Source: Salpingoeca rosetta (taxonomy: Eukaryota; Protista; Choanoflagellata). From it: a stretch of 64,000 nt of DNA. Made by a program: the position numbers and the translations under genes. A model generated the notes under the pieces. The model saw only the letters and a list, made by a program, of their open reading frames with translations, was not told the DNA's origin and ran no database searches. Location of the stretch: contig JAWQFM010000011.1 of assembly GCA_033442325.1 (NCBI GenBank), positions 784,331-848,330 of the forward strand. The letters run 5' to 3'. Below are positions 38,308-52,859 of this stretch, piece after piece (within the stretch, counting starts at the first letter, position 1; every line of letters starts with the position of its first letter).

Positions 38308-39562
38308 ATGATGACGATGCGGATGCGAGCGGTTGTGGTCGCGGCAGTGGCGGCGATGCTGCTGCTTGTCGTGGGATGCTGTGATGTGTGCGCTGGTGAT
38401 GAGTCGCAGCTGTACCCATCAGCAAGTGCTGTCATGGACCTCAACTCCATTTCACAGCTCAACAGCCTCAGACACGCAAAGAAGCTGACCATCATCGGTG
38501 CGTGCGTGGAGTGCATGTGTGTGTATGTATGTGTGCGTGTTCGCACGTGTACACGTGTGCATGCGTGTGTGTGTGTGTGTGTGCATGGGTACATGGGTGC
38601 ACATGGGTGTCCTGCCCTTCCAATCCCATATCCAGTCTCACACCCACATCCGCTCCCACTCCCACACCCACATCCACGCCCACACCTACATCCCTGCCCC
38701 TCTCCCACTGTACTTGCTCCACTGGTTGCTGACGGCACGTGCATCTGTGCATCGTTTGCTGTTGTTTCTTCTGCTTACATACGCAGAGATCTACCGCGTG
38801 GATTGCGGGTATTGTCAAGCTTTTGCTCCAGAGTATGAAAAGGTGGGCGCATGCATGCAACCATACAAACGTGCCGCAGTTCTCGCCCTCCCCCCCCTTA
38901 TGTTCCTGTACAACCTGCCGATGTCACGCCCCTCAATCACCACCAGCATCTGCTCACCGAATTCTGTGATGCGTCCTGCGATGCTGTGGTGAATGGGAAA
39001 GGTTGCGGAGAAGCTGCGACGCATGGTGAACGTGATGGCCGTGGACGTGCACCGCAACATGGAAGTGGTGCGGGAGATGGAAAGCCGGTACAACTTCAAG
39101 CTGGAGGGCGTGCCGCACATCTTCTTCCTCAAACCGCAGGCCAACGGCAAACCGCCAAAGCGCATTGTCTACGACTCTGACCGGAAAGCCAGCACCCTCT
39201 CCAAGATTGCTGTCGGCCATATGCCAGGTGCGTGTGTGTGTGTGTGGGTGTGGCTGGGTGTAGGGGACAGAGGGGCGCACACTAATGTGCGTGTGCGTGT
39301 GCATAGGTAGATGCATACCAAACAAATGCTGGTTTAAAGAAGGCTTTTCTCCCTCACCACTTCCACACCTGTGCGTGTGTGTGTGTGTGTGTGTGTTGGC
39401 GTTGACACGATATTAGACTACAGCCGGTATGTGACCGACATGTCGCTGCACAAGATCATGCGCGAGGACGACCTCCCTGTTGCCGTTCTGGTCACGTCCA
39501 AGAAGACAACACCGCCCATCTGGAAGGCGCTCTCGGCCAAGGTGTGATCACCGTGTGCTGTG

Positions 39563-39645
<83 letters not shown>

Positions 39646-40266
39646 TGTCTATGTGTGTGTGTGTATTACGTGTGTGTGTGTGCGTGTGTGTGACGTGTAT
39701 GTGTGTGTTTTCCTTGTTATTGCATGCTCGCATGTGTATGTCCCTCCGTTCTCCCTTGCTTGCTCTTTCATCTACTCATCACATCCACCCCCTTTCCATC
39801 ACCTCACATTCACCTACGTGTGTCGCTCCCGGGCAGTACAAAGGCCGCATGAAGCTTGGTGTCACAAACCCAAAGCACAAGGGCGTAACCGACGCCACCG
39901 GCGTGGAAAATGCACCCGGCATTGCAGTCCTCCGCAGCAACAAGGTGGACATCCACCCCACACACGGCGAGGCGCTCGTGTACGAAGGGCCAATGACGTT
40001 CATGGCCATCGACTTCTTCCTCATGGACCACGCCCTCCCGCCCAAGGCAAAGAAGGCGGCGAAGCAGGGCGACGAGGCAGCGCAGCAGCAGTCAAACGCC
40101 AGCAGTGGCAGCAGCAATGGCAGTGGTGGTGATGGTGGTGATGGTGGTGGAAGGCCTGCAAGTGGCAGCAAAAAGAAGGAGGCCGCTACCATCCCTGACA
40201 ACCTTGAATCGGTGTGTGTGCGTGTGTGCGCGTGTGTCCGTGTGGCTGTGCCTGTGTCTGTGTCTG

Positions 40267-40305
<39 letters not shown>

Positions 40306-41262
40306 GTCTTGTTCGTTTTCATGGATGAGCGGTACTCTACATGCACTGACGTCACCCTACTGTTCATTCTGCCACAACCTTTGCCCATGTCTCGCCTCCG
40401 TGTTGTCACAGCTTCGCGTGTCTGATCTCCGCAAGCTGCTGCAGCAGTTTCACGACCCGTGCAACGGGTGGGTTGCTGGTGGCGATTTCGGAGGTGGTTG
40501 TGGCGTGAGCGGCGGTGATTTGGTGAAGGTGATCGATGTAGATGATTGGTATCATCGCGCTTTCCTGCGCGCGCGATTCACCACCAACTGCTTGATCGAT
40601 CGAGTATTGCATGTATCTCACGCCCCTGTGCACCGTCGCCGTGGTGTCGTCGTGATTTGTTCAGATGCATTGAGAAGCAACACATGATTGACCGCCTCGA
40701 AGTCCACAAGCAGAAACAGCAGAAGAAGGAGCAGGTCAAACAGGCTGCAGACGACGCACGTGCGCACGCAAAGCACTCCATCTGCGCCGTGAGTGGTGTT
40801 TATGTTGTGTGTGTGTGTGTGTGTGTGTGCGTGCGTGTGTGTTGTGTGTGTGTGTGTGTGTGTAGTTTTGTGTTGTGTGCACCTCGCGTTTCTCATTCAC
40901 ATTCCCTTTGTTGTTCCATGTGTCAGTCCAACCACCACTCACAACTCACTCACTCACACACACACACACACACTCTCTCTCTCTCACATACTCACACCAC
41001 CACGACCACACCTCACCTCGGCAGGAGCAAGTGCGAGCTCTGCGGGAGGAGAATGCTGTGCTGCGCCGCCACCTTGAAACGCTCCTCAACTCCATGCCCA
41101 TCGATGGCTGCCCGGAGCCAAAGTGAGCAGCCAATCCCACACAACTTGTGCAGAGGAGGAGAATGGGGAGTTTGGGGGGGGGAGGCGCACGTTGTCGCTG
41201 TTGAGGTGGTGTATTCTGCTGTTAATTGACATGGCTGGCTTTGTCCTGTTCGCTCATGACCG

Positions 41263-41354
<92 letters not shown>

Positions 41355-41587
41355 GCCATGCCACTTCCTCTGCCAGGCCAACGACGACGATCTTGGAGGA
41401 GACGCGCGATTACATCATCGAGGAGGTGCCGGACGAAGATGATGGGCAGCAGCCATCGCACACCCACGGCATGGTTGGCGACCAAGGCGGTGACGACGAC
41501 GATGATGGTGATGATGATGATGATGATGGTGATGGTGAACACGAACCTGCAGCCCCATCTCCCGCACGAGACTCTGAGGACCTGTGA
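38308..41587 (+). CDS. ER protein disulfide isomerase family protein (P5/Mpd1-like a-b thioredoxin domains) with MANF/ARMET-type SAP-like module, coiled coil and C-terminal SEDL
   Basis: Signal peptide RAVVVAAVAAMLLLVVG; IIEIYRVDCGYCQAFAPEYEKVA; cis-Pro EGVPHI; b domain TPPIWKALSAK(Q)YKGRMKLG; LRVSDLRKLLQQFHDPCNGCIEKQHMIDRL; ends ...RDSEDL*. Start codon choice is uncertain. Confidence 0.85.
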
Positions 41588-42116
41588 TACTGTCACGTGT
41601 GCGTGTGTGCGTGTGTGTGTGTGTGAATGTGAATGTGAATGTGTGTGTGAGTGTGAATGTGAATGTGTGTGTGTGTGATTGTGGCAGTGCTGTTACGGCT
41701 GTGTTGCACTCGTCGACATCACGACTGGCAGCCGGTGCTGGGACGCTGTTCTTCACGATTAAACAACACGTAGTTTGGTCCAAGCGATCTTTTTCAACAC
41801 CAGGGCCTGTCGCCTCCCTTTGTCTCATACTTGTTTTGTTCATGTTTTACGGTGCGTGTATGTACTGGGTGCGTGTACTGCGCGCATGAGCGAATGCAAC
41901 AGAAGCAGTCAAGCAGGGAAACAAAGAGCAGTCGTAACGAGACCAAACAACACAGAAAGCAAGCTCAAAGGAGAAAGCTGACGCCTCTATCAAGAACAGG
42001 GCAGCCACACATGGGCTGAGCAAGGCACCAAGCGACCAGGAACGAGAAAACGGGCCCGCAGTGACAGTTGGAAGGAGCTGGAAGGAGTTGTGACTCATCC
42101 TTCTTCATTCATGAGG

Positions 42117-45100
42117 TCACAAGTTTGTGGCGTGAGCAGACTGCAGGTACTTTTGCTTCCGCCTGTAAGCAGGAGCGATGCACGGGTAATGTGAGTGAGC
42201 AAGCACGTAAACGTGGTGGAGGTGTGTCGTGTTGTTGGCACTTCTTGCTTTGTTGCAGTGTTGCATTGGAAGGAATGAGCAGGAGGACAACTAGCAAAGC
42301 GAGTTGTCGAAAGCACACAATACACCCGTCGTTGAAGAAGTTCAACGAAACAATCAAGGATAGGCAGTTCAACAACAACACATGCTCTCATGCTGCCATC
42401 AACATTGCATCACACCTGTGCCTGAGAATAAATTCCTGCTTCCAGGGTGGAAGGGCGTTGAATTCCGTTTCCGAAATGTCGTCTTGCTGCTGCAGCGATT
42501 GCATCATGGACAGGTTTTCCCGCTAGAAGGTGCAAGGCATGGTCAACAAAGCACAGTCGCGACTTGAAGTGAGTACCAAGGTCAACTGGCAGACATGCCG
42601 AGGGCAAACTTATGGATACAAGTGCATACGTGTGAAAACGCGCACAAACACAAACAAACAAAGCGGAAAGAAACAAACAGGCAGACACACACAAGCACAA
42701 GCACACAAGCAAAAGCAAATACAATCACGCAATGGAACGCACGCGGTGGAAGTGGCCGCGACTGCGGCGGTCGGTGGTCGACGACGTGTGCGGCTGTGGC
42801 GCCTGGGACGAGGCCTGAAGAGAACACAACGCCATCATGAGTTGTACGCATGAGCAATGAAATGAGGATGGGATGCTGAACGGTTGGTCTTGCGGTTGCG
42901 CGCTGGCAAGCTGTTACACTCTCCCGCTCAGAGTGCTTGACTTGCATGCTTACGTGTCTGCACGAACGCGCAACGCCCTGCCGGGCACAAGGTCAAACAA
43001 ACACCCACACCACGCAAATCAATCAAACAAACAACAACTAACAGACAAATCAATCAAACAACACTCACCCTGCGCTTCTCTTGCGACTCTGCCATGCGCC
43101 GAGCACGTGCGAGCTTCTCCTGCAGCTCTGTGCCGTCGTCATTGCACGGCAGCGGAGACATTGGTGGCGAGCAGAACCCAGACGACGTTCTCTTTGGTGC
43201 ACTTGGAGACGTTGGCGATGTCGGGGATGTCGGGGGTGACAGCGGTGGAGGGCGTGCTGCCGTGGCAGAAGCAGTCGTGGTTGCTGTTGTTGTTGCTACT
43301 GTTGCTGCTGTTGTCGTCGTTGTTGTTGTCGCTGCTGCTTCTGTTGTCGGTGGGACGGTGTCGAGACTCTCGCGTTTGGATGAGGCCGCGCTCTTGTTCC
43401 GCTTGCGCTGCAGGAGATCCCATTTCCATCGCGGCATGGAGAACCGTGACGACGTCGACGTGCTGCTGCTGTTGTTGTTGTTGTTGTTGGTCGTGGACGT
43501 GTCCGCCGTACCCTTCTCGCTGGCACCGGCAGCGTTGCTGCTCTCTTGCGCTGGCGCCTCGTGTTGACCAAGTCGGTCGCGGCTGACGTTGTTGCTGCTG
43601 ACGTTGCTGCCACGGCGCGTGGTGTAGCGGTGCGGGGACATGTGTGCAAGCACACGCGACACGAGCCCCCGCTTCTGCGTGCCATCCTGCTGATTCGCGG
43701 CCGACTCGCGTTTGGGCTTGGGCTTCGTCTTGGGTGCGGGCGGCTTGGCACGGCACACTTCTTGCTGTTGCTGTGGGCCTTCCTCTCCTTGGCTTGTGGA
43801 CAGGGACTTGGATGACTTTCGCGGGAGGGGCACTGGCTTCTTCTTCTTCTTTGCGGCCTTCTTTGCCTCTTTCTCCTTCTTCTTCTCGGCCCGCCGCTCA
43901 GCCCGCGTCATCTTTGCTGGTGACGCCGCTTGCTTCTTCTCTGCCTCGCCCTGCTTCGATTGCGCCGCTGTCTCCTGCTCCGCTTGCTCCTGCATTGCAC
44001 TCGTAACATCCCCATCTTCCTCGTCATTGTCCTCCTCTGACACCGGTGCTGCGCCCGCTACGGCAGTTGTTGCCTCCTCGGCCTTGGTGTCATCAGGAAC
44101 ACCGGCCGACACGTCGTCTTCCTCCCGCTTCGCATCCTGGTGCGCGTGCCCGGTTGGTTGCTGGGGCACCGACTGTTGTTCTTCAACCATGCTCTCCTCG
44201 TCTTCTTCGTCCACCTCGGCAAGCGTGTCCTCGGCGTCGCTGCTGTGCTGGCGGCGGCTCATCGCCTTCTTTGACTTGAACTTCTGTTTGAATCACGTGC
44301 GTGTAGGGGTGTGTGAGGGTGTGTGCGGGTGTGTGCGGGTGTGTGAGGGTGTGTGAGGGTGTGTGCGGGTGTGCGGGTGTGCGGGTGAGCATGTGTGTGT
44401 GCGTGTGTGTGCGTGCGTGTGTGTGCGTGCGTGTGTGTGTGTGTGTGTGTGTGTGTATCAGTCATGAGATCAAAAGTGAGAGCGTGCACGTTTTTCAACA
44501 TGTGTGCGAGTGTCAGTGCTAGGAGCACAACTGCACCAGGATGCATGATGCAGGAACTCACCCTACGGCTGGGGCTGCCTTCCACGCCCTTGGTAATGGT
44601 GGGCTGCCTGGCGAGACCGGCTGTCGCCTCTTCGTCCTCAGCGAGATTGCCAACATTTGAGTGCGTGCCTGCAGGCAATTGCACGGTGGTGACCGTGTCG
44701 TCGTCCACTTCAGGCGCGCCGCCCTTGATCTGCATGTAGTCCGAGTGGCTAGCGAGGTCGCTGTCACGCGAAGGAGTGCGGACAGAGAGCCGCTGCATGA
44801 GCTCTGCGCGCAGGTTGTCGCCCCACGACGTCGAATGAGAGGAGGCGTGCTGCAGCAACTGCACAACCGGTGACGTGGGCTGCTCGCCTTCCTCCGTGCT
44901 GTTGTCGCCCTGGTCAGCGGTGGTTTCGGGCACGTTGTCCTTGTCGTTGCCTTCGTGCAGCGAGGAACATTCGCCTTCCTCCTCTGCTTGCGCTGAGACG
45001 ATGTTCTCCTGAGGTTGAAGGGTGAGGGATGGACGGTGTTGCTGCTTTGCGTCTTCTGCTTCAACCTGTTCCTCTTTGACTTCATCCTCTTGCTCTTCCT

Positions 45101-45928
45101 CCGATGCTTCGGCTCCCTTGTCTGCTGGCACGGCTGCTGCCTCAACGGGTGCTGGCGGTGCGCTATCAGGCTCCTCTTTCATATCCTCTTTGACGCTCAA
45201 TGGTGTCTGATCGCACGTGATGCCGTTGTCTTTGATTTCTTCGGCCTGCGCTGCCGGCTCTGCTTTGCTTGCACGCACTTCTTCATGATGTTGCTGGTGC
45301 TGCTGGTGTGGGTGAAGCAGTTTTGTGAGCATGTCGTGCATGCTGTGACGCTTGTGCTCGTGTCCGTGTTGCTCTTGCTGCTGTTGTTGCTGCTGCTTGG
45401 TGTTGTGCTCATGCTGGTGGTCGTGGTGGTCGTGGCTGCCGTGGTGGCTTGCGGCGCGTGCCGGCTGCTGCGCGTTTGCGTTGTGGAGCGGGTGAATTGC
45501 AGGCAGCGAGTGCGACGGCTTCTTGATGGGTGTGGGCTCTGCCTTGTGTTGAGCAGCCAACGAGCCACGGGCGTGCATAGTCGTTGGCGCATCTCTCTTA
45601 TGCCCGTGCTCGTGTTCGCTTGTCGCAGCAGCGGGCACAGGGGTTGTGTCTCGGGAGAGGCCTGAGGATGGCGCAGCGCCGTGGTCGTCGACAACGGAGC
45701 ACGATGCGTCCACGCGAATATAGCGGGAGCGGGCAGGCCGGGACCGGGTCATCTAGGCGGTGTGTGTGGGGGGGGTGTATGCGTGTGTGGGGGTGTAAAT
45801 GGAATGAGACGTGTGTGTGTGCATGTGGTTGCAGGCATGCAAGCAAAGACAAAGTGAGAGGGCGTTAAAGGCTGTTGGGAGAGACAAACAGGCACAGACA
45901 GACACAAACAGAGGAAGGTAGACACAGC

Positions 45929-45962
<34 letters not shown>

Positions 45963-47254
45963 AACGGAGACAGCGAACCTTTGAGGCGCGGAGGAGGGCA
46001 ATGCGATCCTTTTGCGACTGGGAGACCAGGCGGGGGCGATAGGTCTGGGGATAGGAGGAATCAAAGCACCACAAGTCACAGGAAGGGTGAGGCAAGAGAA
46101 GCACAACAAAGCAATGTCAGCGCTTGGCATGGGGAATGGCACCACATCACGCCGTCTCATCACACCGTCTCACGGAACTCAAACGATGTCCGCAACAAAG
46201 AAAGACCACACACGCGTGCTCGCTCCCAGCCCGTACTTCTGTGTCGTCTGTGGAAGAAGAGGCGTGCGCTGAGCCCAGAGAAAGCTCGCGCTTGGTTCCC
46301 GGACGCCGGGGTGCTGGCAGGCCTGGGGAGCGCACAAGGCAGGAGGCGAGCTGGTTCTTGAAGGCTGCCCGCGCGGTCTCAAAGGAGTTGGTGCCGCTAT
46401 CGTCTTCATCGCTGTCATTCTCCTCTGGCCTGGGTTCCTCTTCTGCATCGCTTGTCTCACCTTCCATCTTCGCCACCTATGTGAGCGCGTGCGTTGGTGT
46501 ATGTGTGTGTGTGAGTGTGTGAGTGAGTGTGTGAGTGTGTGAGTGAATGAGTGTGAGTGTGAATGAGTGTGTGTGTGTGTGTGTGTGTGAGGATCAGGCT
46601 GCTGAGATGGATGACCCTCATGTGTTTCTGTTATTGTTGCAGGATGGAGCAATCAACGACAAGATGCTCCCAACAGGCACACACCTTTGGGGGCTGCTCT
46701 GCTTGTCTAGCTTCCTGCTGGTCCTCTGGGGCGGGGGACAGAGTGCCGATGACAGAGCTGTTTTTCTTCTTCACTTGCTCCCACAGGTCAGCCTGAATGG
46801 TGTGGGTTTTGGAGGATGATGGAGCATGGATGGAGCATGTGGGAGATGAGGAATCGAAGCAAGTGGAAAGGAGGAGGGGGAGGATCTCGAAGAGATGTAG
46901 GCGAAACACCCGTCGACCGCATCGGAGAGCACCACGTATTCAACATCGCACACATACACACACACTCACTCACTCACACACACTCACACACTCACTCACA
47001 CTCACACACACATACATACACACTCACTCACATACATACACTCACACACTCACTCACACTCACTCACACTCACTCACACTCACTCACGCACTCACTCACC
47101 CACACTCACCCACACTCACCCACACACACATACAAACATACATGCATCTACTCACGTCTGATGCTTCGTGAGGCAGGACACCTACGCTGGATCGCTGAGC
47201 GGTGTGAGGGCCGGCACCCAGCGCGACAGAGCGATCCTTGATGAGCTGGTTCAT
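42117..47254 (-). CDS. Large, mostly disordered charged/proline-rich protein with C-terminal villin-headpiece-like motif; about 8 exons
   Basis: In-frame GT-AG joins from MNQLIKDRS (47254) through long exons (ORFs 44259..45752 and 43054..44262) to [36 protein letters not shown]|[14 protein letters not shown]. Confidence 0.65.
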
Positions 47255-47574
47255 CTTGTGGTTGGTTGGTGTTGTGTTGTGGTTGGTGTTGGTGTTTGTG
47301 GTGAGTGATGAGAGACAGGCAGCACAAGCAGCCGAAGCAAGCGCCACCAACAAGCATTGCATTCCAAACGTGGTCGTTGACAGCATTCCTCTTCGCAACT
47401 CCCAACGCAGTACAACGCAACCGGACAAACCCCTTCGGTGTGCGGATTGAAGGTCCTGTTCCGAATACTGTCAGAGACATCACAAAGTGTGGTGTGGTTG
47501 GTGCAGCCGACGACTTCCTGCCTGCTGCACTGCATTTCCACCAGCCAGCCAGCCAGCACTCTGACACACCCAAT

Positions 47575-48895
47575 ATGAGCGGCAGGGTGCAGCTTGCCAC
47601 GATGATTGAGGCGGCTGGGTTGATCCCCAGCACGGCCAGCCTCGTTCAATCCATCGCCAATGGCACAGCCACAGGGCTCGTCAAGTTAGTAGAGCCCATC
47701 CACCCATCCTACCCATCCACCCATCCACAACGTGCCTTCACCCGCATGAGTGTTGTGGTTTTGGTGTTTTGCACCACACGCGTTTTGTGCTTCCTTGTTT
47801 ATTCCTCACACTCGTGGGTGATGTGACTGTGTTTGACAATGGCATTGTATGGGAACAATCCGCCAGCTTCCAAGGGAGGCACATAGGAGATCTTGGATTG
47901 GAGGCTGTCATCCTCGCACTCAAGCACAGGAATTTCGTCGAGTGGCTCGAGTCAGTTTGTGTTCTTCAGTCTGTCCGGTTGACAGAGCAGCACCATGCAA
48001 TGTGCAGAAGCCATGTGTCTTGTGTATTTGGCGCAGCATCTTGCCGCGTCTTGCCGTCTCTTGCCGCCGCTTCCTGCGTCTTGTCGCCGCTTCCTGCGTT
48101 TTGCGGCGTTTTGCGGCGTTTTGCGGCGTTTTGCAGCGTGGTTGGTTGTTGTTGTCTCACGCGTTGTTTTCCCTCTGAACTCAATTCTGACTTTGCGTTG
48201 GCACTGCAGTCTCACGGAGAACGACATTACGTCAGAGGGCGTGAGGGCACTCGTCACCGCCTTGACCAACAACCCCACGCTGCACACGCTCACGTATGTG
48301 GTGTGCATTCATCAGCGCGCCTGTTTGGCTGTTTGCCTGGTTGGAAAGGCTCCCGGAACCTTTTGCAGACATCTTTGTCCTTTCTGCCTTGTGACACCAG
48401 CACGTGCACATCGCAAACGCACGACACAGGTTAACGAACAACACCCTGGACGATGCCGCCGCAGAGAGCCTCGCCAACCTTGTGGAGACAAACACTGTCG
48501 TGAATGCCATATCGTGAGTGGAGAACGGAACCTTGCACGCACGTGGATGGAAATGCGCACGGGTGAAAGGGTGAATTAGTGTGGCTCCCAGAATTCATGG
48601 CTGTGAACGTGATTTGCCTGCGCCTGCATTTTGCACGCGTTCCTCACGTCAAATGCGTTGATTGCACATGCGCACAGGGTGTATGACAACCCCAACATCA
48701 GCCGTGCTGGCATTAACCGGCTCCGCGCTGCAGCAAACGCCCGTGACAACTTCACTCTTGGCGTGTACGTCCTCATGTTGTGTGTGTCTGTTGTGTCTGT
48801 GTGTCTGTTTCTGTGTGTGCATGCGTGGTGCATGTGTGCATGTGTGTGTGTGTTTGTGTGTAAGTGCGTTTGTGTGTCTGTTTTCTGTGCGTGCA

Positions 48896-48929
<34 letters not shown>

Positions 48930-49624
48930 GCGGCACCGCCCGTTGCTCCATTAGTCCACAATGCTCGGCTAACGCTGTCTTTGTCCGCTCTGTCCCACAA
49001 CACCCCGTTGTTGTCGTTTTGTCATTAACCCGCCACATACAGGGATGATCCTGATGAAACCACACACACCCGGCACGTTCTTCGTCGCCACAACCACAAT
49101 ACCACGGGCAACACGCAGGCACACGACGACGACGACGACGACGATGACGACGCTGACGAGGATGTTCTACACGAAGCACAAACACCGATGTCAAGCAGGG
49201 TCTCACGCACGTCCATGTCATCACTGCGAACGCCTGATGCTTCCGGCGGTGCACCAGCTTTCACACTACCTCGCCACCGTCAGCCGCCACCACAACATCA
49301 ACAGCACCAGCACCAGCAGCAACAGGCAACAGCAGACCCAACCGTCGTGAACCAACTATGTACGTGACCACTCGTGACATGCTTGCTGCTTGTGTGTGTG
49401 TGTGTGTGTGTGTGTGTGAGTGAGTGTGTGTGTGTGAGTGAGTGTGTGCGTGTATGCATGTGTTTTCATGGGATTGTGCATGCCCTTCTGAATCATTGAC
49501 ACAAGCAAGTCTCACGTAACTCACTTCTGAAATGAACACTGCATACATGTGGTTGGTTTTCCTGCTGAACAGTGGACCAGCAGCACAGAATGCAGGAGCT
49601 CTTGGACGAGCGAGGTGTGGCTCT

Positions 49625-49702
<78 letters not shown>

Positions 49703-52700
49703 CGTCAGTTGTTGTCCCATCCTAATTGCGGATGTGTCTGCATGCAAACAGCCATGGAAGCTCGTGTTCCACGTGCTCATTTTCGTGCTGCATTGATCGG
49801 TCGGTTCTTGCAGACGCGACCATCGCCACGATGAGGGTGCAATTGGAGGAGCAGGAAGCAGCACAAACGCAAGCAGCAGCGGCCCTTATCAGCGAAAAGG
49901 AGCAGCTTCAAGGTGGGCCGACAACATGCGTGTGCCTCATCAACTCTGTGCAGAATACCTTGTTTCACCCTTTCGCTCTCGCACGCACACCACATAACAT
50001 CTGATACGCTCGCCTCGCAATCCTGCCCGCTTACTTGCCTGTCGGTTCTTGCCCCTCAACAGCGACAATCGCAGAGCTCACACAGACGAATGAGCAACGA
50101 GCAGAGGAGTGCGACCAAGCCAACGAGAGAAAGGCTGAACTCGCCCAGAGGCTGCAGACTGCCATCGATGAATTGGGTGCGCTTGCATGATTGTTTTTGT
50201 ATGTGTGTACGTGTGTGTGTGTACGTGTGTGTGTGTGTGTGTGCGTGTGTGTGTGTCTGTGTATGTGTGTTGTGGTACAAAAGGAGGGTCGTTTCGTTTG
50301 GATGACTTGTGGTTGTGGTGCACTGGGTGCATATGTCACTCGTCTTGTCACTCACGTTGGACTTTCGCGGCGTATTTGTGCGCCGCAGAATCGCTGAGGA
50401 GTGCACACGCCGACAGCGAGCAGCAGCAAACTGATCTGACGGAGCGCATCAAGGCAATGAAGGAAGAGATGGAGGACTTGCAGCAAGCAAAGGACGACGT
50501 GGAACAGAGCAAGGCAGACCTGGAGACCAGACTCGCAACGCAACTTGGTATGGCTACTTCTGCTTCTGCTTTTGCGAGTGAGCGTGCGAAAACAAGAAAG
50601 AGAAAAGCATAGAGAGGAGAGAGGGGGTGTGCGTGCATGCGTGCGTGTATGTGTGTGTGTGTGTATGTGTGTATTGCGCTCACGCGACGCTGGATGTGTC
50701 GGTTGGGTGTTGTCATTCTTGCAGAGACCCTCAAAACTCAGCACGAGCAGAAGGTGAAGGACCTCGGTGAAGCAAATGAAGCGTTACAGACGCAAAGGAA
50801 CACGCTGCAACAACAAAACGAAAGCAATGCGCAGGCGCTGCGAGATGCCCGCGCAGAGATTGGTGAGGCTGCCCACTCATCCTGCTTTGCTCTGCTCTGC
50901 CTTTCCCCTCAATTGGTAGGGTTTCTGCTCCCGTTTGCCTTGTCACTTTTCGAGTTCCAACGTGGGCGCCCCTTTCTTCTTTTCTGCTCTGTTCAAACAC
51001 ACACGGACGCACACGCGCGCGCAAACACACTCACACACACTCACACACGCTTAATACACACACCCCGCATAACGTACATGACACGCCACCCACGTGAACC
51101 GTGACACAGAGCGGCTTCAACAGGCCTTGCAGGAGCCAACGACCAGCGATTCAGAGGACGCAGGCGCCACATCAGCGAAACCGCCACCAGGTATGAACTG
51201 CGTTTGCGTGCTGAGGAGGATAAGTCATGCATATCGAATCATGCACATCGCTGGTGTTCACACACTGTTTCTGCATGCAACTCATTTGTGCTCTTCTGAC
51301 TCACATCCACGTTCACCTATGTCGAATTCTTTGTGTCACGTAGGGCCAGACACACCAACTTCGCTGCAAGAAGCCGAAGCAAAGCTTGGTGCGTTTCTCT
51401 GCGCATGTGTGCGTGTCTGTGTGTCTGTATGTGCGTGTATTTCTGTGCGTCTACGTGCGTCTATGCATGTCTTCGCTGTGTGCGTGTTGTGCTGCTTGCT
51501 GTGTGTTGACTTGCATCGCGCTTCTCCCCCTGTTGTGCTGTTTGTGCGCGATTGCGAGCGCACGAGTCACACATCCGCGTGCGGTTCTCACACGCCGTGT
51601 GCGTCGCCCCATGCGTTTTGTTGCAACCGCACCAGAGGGCATGCTGAACCTGAACATGGACCTCGCTCGCTTCACCACGAGGGAGCGCGTGGTGGATGAC
51701 AAGGGCGACTTCACCAAGGGTGGCTACGGCAAACTGTACCGCTGCACCATCGCAGGCCACGACGTCGCACTGAAGGAGATTGACGTGCGGTCGCGCCCTC
51801 GTTTGCTTGAGATTCTCTCGGAAAAGTCAAACACGCAAGCCCATGCAAATGACAAGCGGGTCCGACGAGAGGTGGCCATTCTGATGACCCTCAGGCACCC
51901 CAACATTGTTTCGTTCTATGGTATATGCTACGACGCCGAGCGGAAAACGCTCTCCTTTGTTCTGAGCTGGGCAGACAACGGCTCCCTGTTCGACTTCATG
52001 CACCTTCACAAGCGCCAGATCAGCCACGTCGATAAGCTGCGCATCTTGAGCGAGGTTGCCGGCGCCATGGAGTTCCTGCATGCCCACGACGTGGTGCACC
52101 GCGACCTCAAGTCTGCCAACGTGCTGCTGGACGCTGTGCTCTCCGCCAAGGTGACGGATTTTGGGCTGAGCACGTTCAAGAACACGGAGACATCTTCGCT
52201 GTCCCGAGTGGCTGGAACGCCACTTTGGGCGTCGCCCGAGCAGGTGCTGGAGGAGAAGTTGCGCGCGGACACGGACGCGTTTTCCTTCGGCTGCCTGGCG
52301 TGGGAGGTGTGGTTTGCTGTCAAGCCATGGCACCATGGCAAGTATGAAAAGGACGGCATATCGCTGCTGCAACTTGCCCTCAAGTACGAGAAGCACGAGT
52401 ACCTGCCGCTCGAGAAGGTGATCAACGGACAGGAGATGCCGGTTCACCTGCGAGCGCTCCTTCGTGGCTGCTTCACCACGAGTGGTAGCCGCCTCAGCTT
52501 TGCTCTGCTTCACGCAGCATTTAGGGGACAGTACGCCGCTGCCCGTGAGCAGCGTCAGCTGAACGAGGCACGACAGCAGGAGTTGTTGCAAGGGCCACCC
52601 GATGCTGTGTGGAAGTTCGACCCTGAAATCCTCGCAACACTGAAGGAGAAGAAGCATGCGTTGTCAACCCGTGACACGGTGTACGTCGTGCCGCTTGATC

Positions 52701-52797
52701 TTGGGAACCAGGATGAGGCCAGCCTTGTCAAGACGGTGCGTATGTGTGTGTGTGGGTGGGGGGAGGGGCGGACGGGGTGATGTGTGTGTCTGGCTGT

Positions 52798-52859
<62 letters not shown>

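Noticed and set aside
47238-47450. 70-aa ORF with a signal-peptide-like N-terminus
   Set aside because: The hydrophobic stretch derives from a (GTT/GGT)-rich 5' UTR/promoter tract between two divergent genes and overlaps the start of the minus-strand gene.
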